A DNA stretch of 64,000 bases from an uncultured Verrucomicrobiae bacterium (GTDB lineage Bacteria > Verrucomicrobiota > Verrucomicrobiia > Chthoniobacterales > UBA10450): assembly GCA_963726745.1 (NCBI GenBank), contig CAVSDR010000006.1:640001-704000 (forward strand), written 5' to 3'. Position numbers and translations under genes: made by a program. The notes beneath the pieces are model-generated. The model was not told the DNA's origin and did no database searches. It saw nothing but the letters and a program-made list of their open reading frames with translations. Positions 9,922 to 21,200 of this stretch are shown here, in pieces (positions within the stretch are counted from its first letter, which is position 1; each line of letters starts with the position of its first letter).

Positions 9922-10491
9922 TCACTCGAAAGTGCGCATCAAGGCCGCGGCCCGCGTGAGCCGGTGCATGTAATCGGTGCGCGCGATCTCGACCCCGCCG
10001 AAACGACGCAGGTGCGGCGTGAGCCACTGCGTGTCCAGGAGGACAAAACGCCGCGCGCGCAGGTGCTCCACGAGCGCACAGAGCGCGACCTTGGAGGCAT
10101 CGGTCACCTCATGGAACATCGACTCGCCGAAGAAAGCGCCGCCTAACGAGACACCATAGAGACCGCCCACGAGCTTCCCCGCCTGCCACGCTTCCACCGA
10201 GTGCGCATGCCCGAGCTCGTGCAGCCGGGTGTAGCTGCGCACGATCTCGCGGTTAATCCAGGTCTCCTCGCGCTCCGCGCAGCAGCGCATGATCTGCGGG
10301 AAGGCGGTGTTGCGCCGGATCTCAAACTCCCCCTTCCGCAACACCCGGGCGAGCGCATGCGGCACGTGGAATTCCTCCAGCGGAATGATCCCGCGCGGGT
10401 CGGGCGAGAACCACTCGATCGAGCCGTCCTCCATGCCCATCGGGAACACTCCCAGGCGATAACCCTGGAGCAGAACCTCGGGCGCAATCAT
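9922..10491 (-). CDS. aat: leucyl/phenylalanyl-tRNA--protein transferase
   Basis: LLQGYRLGVFPM, WFSPDPRG, TWI, AHSVEAW, GGLYGV, FFGESMF, DASKVAL, LDTQ. Confidence 0.95.
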   Translation of the reverse strand: MIAPEVLLQGYRLGVFPMGMEDGSIEWFSPDPRGIIPLEEFHVPHALARVLRKGEFEIRRNTAFPQIMRCCAEREETWINREIVRSYTRLHELGHAHSVEAWQAGKLVGGLYGVSLGGAFFGESMFHEVTDASKVALCALVEHLRARRFVLLDTQWLTPHLRRFGGVEIARTDYMHRLTRAAALMRTFE

Positions 10492-10590
10492 CGCCGCGAT
10501 TCTTCGGTGCGAACTGCCCGTGTGCAACTGCGGCGCGAGGAGCGTCGGGCATTTTCTTGCAATGAAAGGGGTCGCCTTTAATCTGCCCAA

Positions 10591-10785
10591 GTGAAGACAC
10601 TGTTGCTCGCGCTGCTGGCCGGAGCGCTCCTGGGATGTGCCAATGATGGGCCGACCTCGCAGGAATTAGGCGACCAATTGGGCCGCGGCGTCCGGGGCGA
10701 AGGCCAGCTGGGCACGATCGATCGCTCGAATGATCCCTACGTGAAGGCGCGCGAAGGCGAGGCGATGAAGCCGGAAGCGCAATGA
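10591..10785 (+). CDS. small lipoprotein
   Basis: Lipobox LLGC after a hydrophobic stretch; stop overlaps the guaA start. Confidence 0.65.
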   Translation: MKTLLLALLAGALLGCANDGPTSQELGDQLGRGVRGEGQLGTIDRSNDPYVKAREGEAMKPEAQ

Positions 10786-12374
10786 GCGTCGCCGCGCCTT
10801 CGGCGCACTCGAAGATCCTGATCCTTGATTTCGGATCGCAGTACACCCAGGTCATCGCGCGGCGCATTCGCGAGTGCCAGGTCTACTCGGAAATCGTCCG
10901 CTACGACATTCCCGCAACCGAAGTGGCCGCCTCGCGTCCGAACGGGATCGTCCTCTCCGGCGGGCCGGCGAGCGTCTACGATGAAAAGGCGCCGCAGCTC
11001 GACCCGCAGATCTTCTCGTTAGGCATTCCGGTGCTGGGGATTTGCTACGGGATGCAGTTGATGGCGCGGCACCTTGGCGGCGAGGTGGAATACAGCCGGC
11101 AACGCGAGTACGGCGCCGGCTTGCTGCACGTCGCGCCCGGTTCGCAGCTCTTCAAGGGCGTGGGCGAACAGCTCGATATCTGGAACAGCCATGGCGACAA
11201 GGTGACGAAGCTCCCGGAAGGCTTCCGCGCCGCGGGTCACACGGATAACTCACCGCTGGCTGCGATCGAGAACGCCGACGCGCGGCTCTACGGCCTGCAG
11301 TTTCATCCCGAGGTCGGCCACACCCCGCGCGGGAAAGAGATCATCCAGAATTTTGTCTACGATATCTGCCGCTGCGCGATGGATTGGACCATGGGCTCGT
11401 TCATCGACGAAGCCTGTGCGCGCGTGCGCCAGCAGGTGGGCGATCAGAAGGTCGTGCTCGGACTGAGCGGTGGCGTCGATTCCTCGGTCGTAGCGGCCTT
11501 GCTGCACAAGGCAATTGGCGACCAGTTAACCTGCATCTTCGTGAACAACGGCCTCCTGCGCGCGCGCGAAGACGAGGTGGTGAAACGCATCTTCGGCGAG
11601 AACTTTCACCTCAAGCTCAAGTACGTCGACGCGTCCGAACGCTTCCTCTCCAAGCTCAAGGGCGTGACCGACCCCGAGCAGAAGCGGAAGATTATTGGCA
11701 ACGAATTCATCGACGTTTTCCAGCACGCGACCGAGGAGTTGCTCGAGGAAGACCAGGCGAACGCGTCGGCCCACGGCGGCTATCATTTCCTCGCGCAAGG
11801 CACGCTCTACCCGGACGTGATCGAGAGCGTTTCGATCAGCGGCAATCCGGCGCACCTGATCAAGAGTCATCACAATGTCGGCGGCCTGCCGGAGAAGATG
11901 CACTTCGAGCTGGTGGAACCGGTGCGGCAACTCTTCAAGGACGAGGTGCGCCAAGCCGGCTTGCAACTCGGGCTACCGAAGGAAGTGGTCTATCGCCAGC
12001 CATTCCCCGGGCCCGGCCTGGCGGTGCGCATCCTCGGCGAGGTCACGCCCGAGCGGCTGCGCATTCTCCGCGAAGCGGATACGATCGTAACCAGCGAGAT
12101 GGAAGCGGCCGACTGGTATTACCGCGTCTGGCAATCCTTCGCGGTCCTCCTGCCAGTCCGTTCCGTGGGGGTGATGGGCGACCAGCGAACCTACGAAGAC
12201 ACGATCGCGCTGCGGATTGTTGAAAGTCAGGACGGGATGACGGCCGATTGGGTGCGCGTGCCCTACGAGCTGCTCGCGCGCATCTCGACCCGCATCATCA
12301 ACGAGGTCAAAGGCGTCAATCGCGTCTGCTACGATATCTCGAGCAAGCCACCGAGCACGATCGAGTGGGAGTGA
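10782..12374 (+). CDS. guaA: GMP synthase (glutamine-hydrolysing)
   Basis: [48 protein letters not shown]. Confidence 0.98.
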   Translation: MSVAAPSAHSKILILDFGSQYTQVIARRIRECQVYSEIVRYDIPATEVAASRPNGIVLSGGPASVYDEKAPQLDPQIFSLGIPVLGICYGMQLMARHLGGEVEYSRQREYGAGLLHVAPGSQLFKGVGEQLDIWNSHGDKVTKLPEGFRAAGHTDNSPLAAIENADARLYGLQFHPEVGHTPRGKEIIQNFVYDICRCAMDWTMGSFIDEACARVRQQVGDQKVVLGLSGGVDSSVVAALLHKAIGDQLTCIFVNNGLLRAREDEVVKRIFGENFHLKLKYVDASERFLSKLKGVTDPEQKRKIIGNEFIDVFQHATEELLEEDQANASAHGGYHFLAQGTLYPDVIESVSISGNPAHLIKSHHNVGGLPEKMHFELVEPVRQLFKDEVRQAGLQLGLPKEVVYRQPFPGPGLAVRILGEVTPERLRILREADTIVTSEMEAADWYYRVWQSFAVLLPVRSVGVMGDQRTYEDTIALRIVESQDGMTADWVRVPYELLARISTRIINEVKGVNRVCYDISSKPPSTIEWE

Positions 12375-12377
12375 GCG

Positions 12378-13022
12378 CTAGAAGCTGAAGCCTGCCCCGA
12401 TGGCCCCGCCGAGTTGGTCGATCCCATAGTTCGGCTTCGAGAGGCTCGCGTTCGAGATGTGGCGATAGCTCGCCTCGGCGTTGAGCGACCAGGTGTCGTT
12501 GAGGAGAAAACGCACGCCGCCGATCGCCTGGAGATTGAAATTGAAATCGGTGCTGACCGCATTCCCCGCGGCCGGGCCGTGCTCGATATCGGTGTAAATC
12601 CAGCCGCCGCCGGCCTGGAAATATGGGACCAGGCGCGCGCCGCGCTGGATGAAGTTGTAGCGAAAGAAATAGGTGTTCCCGAAGACGAAATTGCCGGCGC
12701 CATGGAAGATCGGGCCGCCAAAAAGTTCGCCGAGAAACTCGAGGTTGCCGCGGAGAATCCCCGGGCCGGTCGGCTGGTAAATCATGATGCCGAGGCGCGT
12801 GGTGTTGAGCGCGTAGTCGATCGTCGGGCGCACATTCCCGCGGCGATCGAAAAGGAAGAAAGTGCCCACAAGATCTTCCAACTCCCAAGAGCCGCGGTCG
12901 AAGCGGCTGCTGAGATCGCGCGGGTGGCTGTCGCTCTCACGCAGGGTCAGGTCCCCCGCCCTGGTGGAAGCGATCGTGAGCAGGCAAAGCAACGCAACGA
13001 CGACCGGGCGAAGATTCTTCAT
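12378..13022 (-). CDS. outer-membrane beta-barrel, PagL/acyloxyacyl hydrolase-like
   Basis: Signal peptide, FNFN, YRHISNASLSKPNYGID, terminal Phe. Confidence 0.8.
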   Translation of the reverse strand: MKNLRPVVVALLCLLTIASTRAGDLTLRESDSHPRDLSSRFDRGSWELEDLVGTFFLFDRRGNVRPTIDYALNTTRLGIMIYQPTGPGILRGNLEFLGELFGGPIFHGAGNFVFGNTYFFRYNFIQRGARLVPYFQAGGGWIYTDIEHGPAAGNAVSTDFNFNLQAIGGVRFLLNDTWSLNAEASYRHISNASLSKPNYGIDQLGGAIGAGFSF

Positions 13023-13071
13023 GGCGGGAGGATGCAAGACGAGAGCAGGCCTGCTGTCAATCACGCGCTCG

Positions 13072-13554
13072 CTAGCGGCTGGCGCGCGCCGGCGCCGGCA
13101 GGAACCAAAGCGCCGCGAGCGCGCCAAGGAGCGCGAGGTCGATGAGCATATGGGAGGTGAAGCTAAGGCCCTTGCTCACGCTCCCGAAGCACCCGCAATC
13201 GAGATTAATCCCCCGCGCGTGCGCGGAGATGGTCGCGCCGATGAAGACCACCATGAGTCCGGTTAAAATAGCCAGCGCTCCGTAGCGCAGGCGCCCGACG
13301 ATGAGCGCGAGGCCGCAAAGGATCTCGACCCACGGAAGGTAAAAGGCCAGCCGCACCGCGAGCCCGTACGGGAGCAGGTGAAAATTGCGCACGTCGATCG
13401 CGAACTGCACCGGGTCCCAGGCCTTGAGTGCGCCGGCGTAGACGAAGAGGCCCCCTACGGCCAGCGCAAGCAGAGTCCACAGAAGCGAGCGCGCCGCCGG
13501 CGCGGCCCGGCCGGATTGCATCAAGGGCGATTGCACATGCGAAGAAGTGCTCAC
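13072..13554 (-). CDS. MauE/DoxX family membrane protein
   Basis: FVYAGALK, LPWVEILCG, RGINLDCGCFG. Confidence 0.85.
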   Translation of the reverse strand: MSTSSHVQSPLMQSGRAAPAARSLLWTLLALAVGGLFVYAGALKAWDPVQFAIDVRNFHLLPYGLAVRLAFYLPWVEILCGLALIVGRLRYGALAILTGLMVVFIGATISAHARGINLDCGCFGSVSKGLSFTSHMLIDLALLGALAALWFLPAPARASR

Positions 13555-13982
13555 TTTTTTTGCGCCTCCTGCCAGGTTTCCCAGCCGCCGTGAAGCACGT
13601 AGACGTTGCCGAGGCCGGCTTCCGTCCGGAGGCGGCGCGCAACCTCATGGCTCAAGGCGCACGATTGGCTGCTGCAATAAACCACCGTCCGTTTTTCGGG
13701 CGACCAGGCGAGGAGGAAAGGAGGCAGCAGCTCGTTCCAGCGATCTTCATTCAGCGAGATCGCGCCGGGAATGTGGCTCTCGCCAAATTGCGCATCCGGC
13801 CGCGCATCGACCCAAAGGGTGGTCTCGCCCCACTCCTGCGCCTGCTGCACCGAAACCTCGTCCTTGGTGTAAGCCGCGGCGTCCCAGGCGATGCGTTCGC
13901 GCTGGTAAACGGCCTGGCCGATGGCGGGAATGAAGGCCAGCGCGAGGAGGATCAACGCCTGCCGCAGAAAAGCGCCCTTCAC
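13551..13982 (-). CDS. rhodanese-like domain protein
   Basis: WVDAR, HIPGAISL, VVYC..C, VYVLHGGW. Confidence 0.85.
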   Translation of the reverse strand: MKGAFLRQALILLALAFIPAIGQAVYQRERIAWDAAAYTKDEVSVQQAQEWGETTLWVDARPDAQFGESHIPGAISLNEDRWNELLPPFLLAWSPEKRTVVYCSSQSCALSHEVARRLRTEAGLGNVYVLHGGWETWQEAQKK

Positions 13983-13985
13983 AGC

Positions 13986-14657
13986 CTAACGATTCCCCAT
14001 CTCGCCCGTGGTCACGCGCGCGGTGGCGTAGAACGCCTGCGGGTAATCCGGCTGGATGGTCAGGACGGCGTTCAAAGGCTTGCTCGTGTCCTTCGGCTGC
14101 ACCTTGATCTTGAACTCGCCGGCGGCCGAGCCTTTCTCCACCTCTGCCTGGAAATCGGCGCTGGACGATTTGACGTCTAATTTCGTGATCGCCACATCCT
14201 TGGCCGCCTTCACCGTGATCATTTTTGGCTTGGGCGCCTCGCCCTGCTGCCAAAAGACGAACGCCGGCTGAATCTCCACCGGCTGCGCGACCGTCGCCTT
14301 GAGCACGAGATTAATCAGCGGCGCGTTCGGATCGTCCGTCTCGACTGCGATCATCTTCTGCTGGAGCCCGGTGCGGCCGCCGATCTTAAGCGTCGCGGTG
14401 AGGTTGCCGCCTTCGCCCGGAGCGACATCCTTTTTCTCGATCGTGGCCACGGTGCAACCGCAGGAGGTGCGCACATTGGTGATCTTGATCGGCTTGTCGG
14501 TTTTGTTCGTGTAATGGAACTGCGCCACGGTCTCGGCATCGCCCGCTTTCGGATGGAGTTCGACCTCGGTTTTCTCCCAGGTGAGCTGCGCCTGCGTGCT
14601 GCCCAAAGCGCCGGCTAAAACGAGAGCAACGAGGGAAGCGCGGCGGCGAAGATGCAT
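13986..14657 (-). CDS. DUF1573 domain secreted protein
   Basis: Signal peptide; FHYTN...ITNVRTSCGCT...VAPGE. Confidence 0.85.
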   Translation of the reverse strand: MHLRRRASLVALVLAGALGSTQAQLTWEKTEVELHPKAGDAETVAQFHYTNKTDKPIKITNVRTSCGCTVATIEKKDVAPGEGGNLTATLKIGGRTGLQQKMIAVETDDPNAPLINLVLKATVAQPVEIQPAFVFWQQGEAPKPKMITVKAAKDVAITKLDVKSSSADFQAEVEKGSAAGEFKIKVQPKDTSKPLNAVLTIQPDYPQAFYATARVTTGEMGNR

Positions 14658-14715
14658 GGAGGAAGCAAAGAGGTTCCGCGTTTTGCTGTCAAACCCCCAA
14701 GCGGAGCTCGGCGTT

Positions 14716-15603
14716 TTAGACAGCAACATGAGCACGCACATAATCCGCCACGGCCTCGCGCCAGCTGCGCGGGGTGGTCTTCGTTAGGCGAGTGAACCGG
14801 TCAGTCGAAAGCACGGTGTAAATCGGCCGGCGGGCGACGAAGTTTTTCATCTCCGCGAGGGTAATGGCGTCGACTCGATGCGCGCGCAGCGCGACTCCCG
14901 CCTGCCGGCAGCAATCGAGCGCCCATTGCCCGTATTCCTGCCAGCTGCATGCGCCCGCATTGGCCAGGTGCACCACTCCGCCGGGGAGCGCGCGGTCGAA
15001 GAACGGCCGCAGCATCGCGGCGATGTCCTGCGTGTAGGTGGGCGCGGAAATTTTATCCGCGACCGCGGCGACGCGTTCCTCCTTTAGCGCCTGGCCGATG
15101 ACCCAATCGATGAAGCTCGGCCGGTCCGGGCCGAAAACCCAGGAGACGCGCGCGACCAGATGGTCGGGGTCGACCGCGAGCACGCGCCGTTCGCCCTCGA
15201 GTTTGCTGGCGCCGTAAACGCTGATCGGCTCGGCGGCGTCGTCCTCGGTGTAGGGCGCGCGTTTCTCGCCATCGAAAACGTAATCGGTGCTGACGTGCAA
15301 AAGGCGCGCGCCCTTCGCGGAACAGATTTCCGCCAGCACGCGCGGCGCCTCGGCATTGAGCGCGAAGGCTTCCTCGGGCTCGGTCTCGCAACGGTCAACC
15401 AGGGTTTGCGCCGCGGTGTTGATCAGGAGATCGAACGGCAACGGCTCAAGCGTGCGGCGCAGCTGCGCGAGGTCGCCAAGATCCAGTTCCGCGCGGCGAA
15501 ACGGGACGACGGTGAATTCGGAAGCGTAGGCGCGCGCGAGCGCCATCCCGAGCCGGCCGCCGGCGCCGACCAAAGCGACGGTTAATTTTTCTCCCGCGGA
15601 CAT
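14716..15603 (-). CDS. rfbD: dTDP-4-dehydrorhamnose reductase
   Basis: GAGGRLG, STDYVFDG, YGASKLEGE, SAPT, ARRP. Confidence 0.92.
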   Translation of the reverse strand: MSAGEKLTVALVGAGGRLGMALARAYASEFTVVPFRRAELDLGDLAQLRRTLEPLPFDLLINTAAQTLVDRCETEPEEAFALNAEAPRVLAEICSAKGARLLHVSTDYVFDGEKRAPYTEDDAAEPISVYGASKLEGERRVLAVDPDHLVARVSWVFGPDRPSFIDWVIGQALKEERVAAVADKISAPTYTQDIAAMLRPFFDRALPGGVVHLANAGACSWQEYGQWALDCCRQAGVALRAHRVDAITLAEMKNFVARRPIYTVLSTDRFTRLTKTTPRSWREAVADYVRAHVAV

Positions 15604-15635
15604 GGGGGAGACTCTAGCGCGGGCGCCGACGGCGG

Positions 15636-18030
15636 CTACCGCACCGCGGGCGATTCCAACCGCTGGGCGCGCGCGGCTACCGGCGGCGCCACCACGACGA
15701 CGCGGTAGAAAGCCATCGGAAGGCTGGCATCGCCCGGGGCGACAAATTGCGCGGAGCCGTTGCTCGCGGGGGTGAGATTGGCCACGCCGCTCACCGGCGT
15801 CCAAGTGGGGCTGTTGAAGGTGAGTTTGCGCTCAAGGCGATAGGTCGTGCCGCCCATGGCGTTGAAGGTGACCACGACGTTGCCGCCCTGCTTCGCGATG
15901 CTGGTGATGATCAACTGCGGCTCGACCGAGACCACGGTGAGAACCACGCCGGTGGCGCTGACATCCGAGCGCACGGTGAAGCCGCTGCTGTTGATGGTGG
16001 AGAAATTTCCGCTCGCGCCGCTGCTGCTGATGATCGCGAAAGTCTGGCCAACCGAGGGGTTGAAGCCATTCGCGAGGCTAAGATTGAGCGTGCCTGCGAT
16101 CGAAGCCGCGCCGCTGACCGCGAGCCGATCAAAGCCGCTCCCGGGTGCGGTGCCGCCGAGTTGGATCTCAAGGTTGCCGTTGCTTGTCTGGTTATAGCTG
16201 CCGTTCACGGTCAAAGTGCCGAGCGCGCCAGAACCGGGGGAAACGGTGCCGCCGCTGTTGACGGTGACGCTACCGACCGCGCCGGTGCCGCCGAGGGTGG
16301 CCCCGGTGTTAACGACGACAGGGCTGGTGACGCTGCCGTTCACCAGCAGGATGCCGTTCGAGACCGTGGTCGTGCCGATGTAATTGTTCGTGCCGGTGAG
16401 GGTGAGCGTGCCGGCGCCGAGGAGCGGGCCACCGGCTTTGGTAAGCCCGCCGCTGCCGGTGAAGTTGCCGGCAAAAACTCCGGTGTGGCCGTTGGTTTCG
16501 AAACGGAGGCCGCCAGCCGAGATGTTGAAGTTGTTCGGCAAAGTGGTGTCGGCCTCGAGCCGGACGTAGCCGCCATTCGAGGTCAGGCTGGTGAAGCTGA
16601 GCACAGGGTCGGTCCCGAGGATGAGGCCGCCATTGCCGTAAAGCAGCGTCGCGGCCGCGGTCACCTGGCCGTTGCCGGAGACGTGCACTGCGCCGGGGCC
16701 GCCGGCGCCGGTGGTGTTGCCGCCGATGTAGAGGTTGCCGCCTAAAATCCATTTCGACCCGCCGGTCACGTAAACGTCGCCGCTTGAGCTCGGGTTCGCT
16801 GCCACGAAACCGTCGACGCTCGCATTCACGACCGCGCCGCTGGCAATTTCCAACAGCCCAATGCCGTTGCTGCCCACCGTGAGGCCGGTGTTATTCCAAG
16901 TGCTCCCCGCCCCGGTCACCATGACCGAACCGGAAGCGCTGCCATCGCGTCCGAGGACGCCGTTGCCGTTAATGACCACGCCGCCGCCGAGGATCTGCAT
17001 CCGCCCCGCAGTCGTGGCACCCACAGTCATGGCCCCGGTGCCGCCGCCGGCCGCCGGAGATCGGGGCGAAGTCGGCAATGTAGAGGCCGGGCGCGGTGGT
17101 CGAGCCGTTATCGACTTCGACAAAGCTGGTGTTGAAGACCTTGAGCACCGACGACTGGGCCGCGCCGCCGGTGAGGAGACGCAGGCTGCCGTTGCCGCCG
17201 CTGACGCCACTGGTGCCGACACCGCCGATGTAGAGGCCGTAAACGCTGTACCAAAATCCGCCCGAGTTGATCGTGACGGACCCGCTGGAACCGCCCAGGC
17301 GGGCGACTGAAGCCTCGCCATTGGCAACCACGCCGTTGTTGGAAATGGTGAGCGTGGCCGCGCCGGCCCGGCCCACATCGATCGGCTGGTTCGAGAGCGA
17401 CCAGTAGGAATTGGTCCCGGTGACGACCGCGGTGCCATCCGACCCGCTGGTGGCGGCGATCTGCGTGGCGCCGGTGGCCGCGAGAGCCCCGCCTTCCAGG
17501 TTCCAGAAGCCGTGGCTATTCCCGCTGCCGATCGTGAGATCGGGGATGTAGAAGAAGGTGTTCACGCCGGTGATGAGAACTGAACCAGTCGATCCTTGGT
17601 TGCCGGAGCCGACGGCGAAGAGGCCGCCGTTTTCGGTAAACGAGGAACCGTTGCGGACCTCGAGCAGGCCGTTGCCGACGACTCCGGTGGCGGTGGAGCC
17701 ACCAACGACCACGTTGCTGGCGACGGTTAACCCGCCCACGCCGGCGGTGCCGAGGCGGAGCGTCCCGGTGTTCCCGGTGCCCGCAGGCACGCCGAGGAAG
17801 AGCTGCTGTGCATTAGCCATCGAGCTGTTGAGCAGCGCGGTGCCGCCATTGGAGATGACGGCGTCGATGCTGGACGAGGGAAGCTGATTCCCGGTCCAAT
17901 TCCCGCTGTTAAACCAATCGCCGGTGGCGGGATTGATCCATTCCGTTTGGGCGGCGCTCAGGTTTTGGGAAAGAAACAGCGAGATGGGCGCCAGAAGGAC
18001 CGCGCATAGCTGGAGGGAATGTCTACGCAT
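15636..18030 (-). CDS. secreted beta-helix protein with T5SS/PEP-CTERM-associated and autotransporter-associated repeats (frameshift near 17050)
   Basis: Signal peptide, GDWFNSGNW, VTGAGSTW repeats, GGLTKAG...GTLTLTGTNNYIGTTTV; ORFs 16969..18030 and 15636..17438 join at ...ADFAPISGG/GGTGAMTV. Confidence 0.8.
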
Positions 18031-18201
18031 ATCGAGTAATGAAAAACGCGGTTTAGTCTAGAATATGTCCTGATTATGGAACGTGGGGAGGCGCCGCGGG
18101 CCATCCTTGGTAGCACTTGACCGCCTGCTTTGCACGACAATTTTCGCCGCGAAACGCGAGAAAACCTCCCGCACCGGCGTTCGCCTTCGCACCCAGAACG
18201 C

Positions 18202-18234
18202 AAAAGCCTGGCAAAGGTTTCCCCTTGCCAGGCT
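18202..18234 (-). terminator. intrinsic terminator
   Basis: Hairpin AGCCTGGCAA/TTGCCAGGCT followed by TTTT on the minus strand, downstream of the 18263 gene. Confidence 0.7.
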
Positions 18235-18262
18235 GCGTGAGGTCTAACGGTCGATCGCTGTC

Positions 18263-21200
18263 TTAGCGGGCGCTGACTGTTTCCACCCGGGGCGTCAAGG
18301 TGCCGCCGGCAGCAGCGCGGACGATGATCGCGTCGCCGCCGTTGATCGCGCCGTCGAGGTTGACGTCGGAGCGGAAGTTCGGCGCCGTCAACGGACCACC
18401 TGAACGGTTGCGCGTCTGGATGACGTCGCCGCTGTTCACGAAGGTGTCGCCAGTGGTATCACCGAGGAGGACGTTCAAGCCGCCGCGCACGGTGTTGCTG
18501 AGGTTGCCGGCATTATCCTGAACGCCGTTGAGCGTGATCCCGAGGTGCTGCGCATCAGTGACTCCGGTGAGTTGAACGACATACTCGCTCGGGTTGCTGC
18601 CGATGGCGCTGCTGGCCACCGTGCCGGTGCCCGTGAGGGAGACGCTGGCGACGCTGTTGAGCGGGTTTGCGAAGGTGAAGACGACGGTGTGCTCGCCGTT
18701 CGCGCCGCCGGTGCGGCATTCGATTCCAACACCGTTCAGGCCGAGGTCGAGATCCAGCGGACCGGCGCCTGCATGCGTCTTGCGCGAGACCACGCTGTTG
18801 AGCGTGACCGGCGTCGGCACCGGACCGGAGGGCAACGGCCAGGCGAAGGCGCCGCGGCCGCGGGTCCAGACCGAGAGGGTAGTCGCGCCGCGATCGATCT
18901 GCATATCCCAGATCATGACTGCGGGCATACCGTCCTTGAAGCGATACCAGACCGGCGAAGCGGCGGTGATGTCGTTCGTGTAGTAGAGGCCAAAGTCCGT
19001 GCCGGCGAAGACCTGCTGCGGGAAGTTCGGGTTGCTGATGACCGAACCGACGGGGATGTCCGGCAGGTTGCCGGTCTTGTCGAGCCAGGTGAAGGTCGCG
19101 CAGGTATCGCCGCAAGTGACCTGGAAGACGTGGCCCGGAGTAGTCGGCGAGTTGGCGTTGAAACCGCCTACGCCGGCGTAACCGACCGGGACGTTGCGCG
19201 CCGGGACCACGGGATCGAGAGCAACGCTAAGGATCGGGCGATTAGGCAGCACACTGTTGCCGCCGGTCACGTTGACCCAATTCGCCTGGCTGGCGGTGCC
19301 GGTGCCGAGGTTGAACCCGATTTGCACGTTGCCGTCGTTCGTCCCGACGATCGCGACCGAGTAATATTTCGGCGAATACTTCACCTGGTTGATGTAGGAA
19401 CGATTGCCCAAGGTCCCCTTGGTCAGGTTCGGCCCCGCGGCGGCGCCGACCGGGTTGTTCGTGATATACCAGGCGGTCGTGGGGACGGTGGCGCCAGCGC
19501 CGCTGATCGTCTCGTAAACGCGGGTGGTGGCGGCCAGCAAGCGGCCGCAACCGGTCGTCGGGCCGGCCGCGTCGCAGTCGTCGCCGCCGGGGATGCCACC
19601 GTGGAAGAGATTAATCGGCAGAACGAAGGACTGCTGGTCGCCCGTCCAGGCGCCGCGGCTGCTGGTGTAGGTCGCGCCAGAGTTCGAGCAATTGCTCACG
19701 CAACGGCTGAGGCCGCCGCTGTTATTGCCCTGCCAGACACGCAGGCTGCCGGGCAGACCGCCCTGGGTGGTTCCGCCGAGGAAACCGTTGCCGTTCATCG
19801 TGGTGTTGGTGCCGTTCTCGGTGAATTCGATGAAGTTCCCTACAGGGCCAGGAATCACCGAGGTCACGATCACATTCGCACCCGTGCCGCTGGCGGTCAC
19901 TTCCGTGGAATCGCGATTGATCGCGGTGCGGATGTTCGTGGCCGCGGTGTTCACCGTGGTGCTGGCCACGACGTTCCCGGGGCTGGTTCCCGACGCGACC
20001 CAAGTGAAGGTGACGCTGCCGATTTTGAAGGTCTCGCCCGCGATCGTGCCGCCAGTGGTCACAACCATGGTCCCTTGCGCCTGCGTCTGGCCGGTGCCGA
20101 TCGGATCGATCTGGCCGGAGAAGCCATCGCCGCCGAGGCCCATCTGCCATTGCACCGGACCGGTCGGGGTGCCGTTAAAGGTCACCGAGCTCGGGCCGTT
20201 ATCCTGCGCCCCGCCCACCGCCATGGGGTTGCTGGCGTTGGCAAAATTGCCGGAGATATCGCCGGCGTAGAATTCGATCGTGTTCAGACCGTTGTCCATA
20301 TTGAACCAGGTCGGGCGCGCGGTCCCTTCCTGCACAACATCGGCATTGGTGGTCGCGAAGATGCCGCCATCGCTGCCTTCCAGGAGAATGCTGGACGAGC
20401 CTGGGATGAAGGCGAGGGCATGATGGTCCACATGGACCACGTGGTTGGCCACAGGGGTGCCGCTATAGCCGCAGGTGACGTTGTAGAAGGTCGAGCCGGT
20501 CCGGTTCGCCACCCAGGTATCAAAGGTATCCACGAAGAGGCGGTCAGGATTGTTCGGATCCACCGCCAGGCCCTGGTCGTACCAGTTCTGCGGGTAGTCG
20601 CCGCCGCCGGCCGCTCCCGAACCCACGGCCGAAGTGCCGCCCGTCGCGCAGGCGCGCAGCGAACCGCCGGCTGAGCCTTGCATGAAGCTCCAGCTATTCC
20701 CGCCATCGATGCTCGACCAGACGCCGAGTTGGCAGCCGGAGCCGCCGCCGCAGCCGCTCGCCGTGTTGCCGGCGATCGAGCCGACCTGGGCGTAGATGTA
20801 ATTCGGGTTGCTCGGGGCGACCGCGATGTCCATCCGGCTCAATTGATTGCCGGTGGTCGCGTTGACGTAGGGATCGCCGCTGCCGGCATTCATCAAGGCG
20901 CCGGTAGTGTAAGGGCTGCCAGTCACCGCGGTGCCAAAGACGAAGCCGTTGTCGTTGCGCGTGAGGAGCGTGAAATCTGTCGGGCAACCGCTCGCGGGCA
21001 TGGTGCCTTTGTAGAGGCCGTTCGCGCCCTGCGCGCCGAGATCGTATTGCACTGGGGTCGCAAAGCCACGCGTGCCGATGGCCGCGAGGATGCGGGTCAC
21101 CCCGCCGCCCATGTCGGTCAGTTCGAGACCGGTAATGTCATGGCGCTGGGTGTTGAAGTTATTTGTGACGCAAGGTCCGGTCCAGCTCACGCCGCCGTCG

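Noticed and set aside
18545..20674. Long antisense ORFs (for example 18545..20674 +, 37170..39590 -, 34595..36349 +, 2042..3100 -)
   Set aside because: Shadow frames of real high-GC genes; Arg/Ala/Gly-rich with no recognisable motifs
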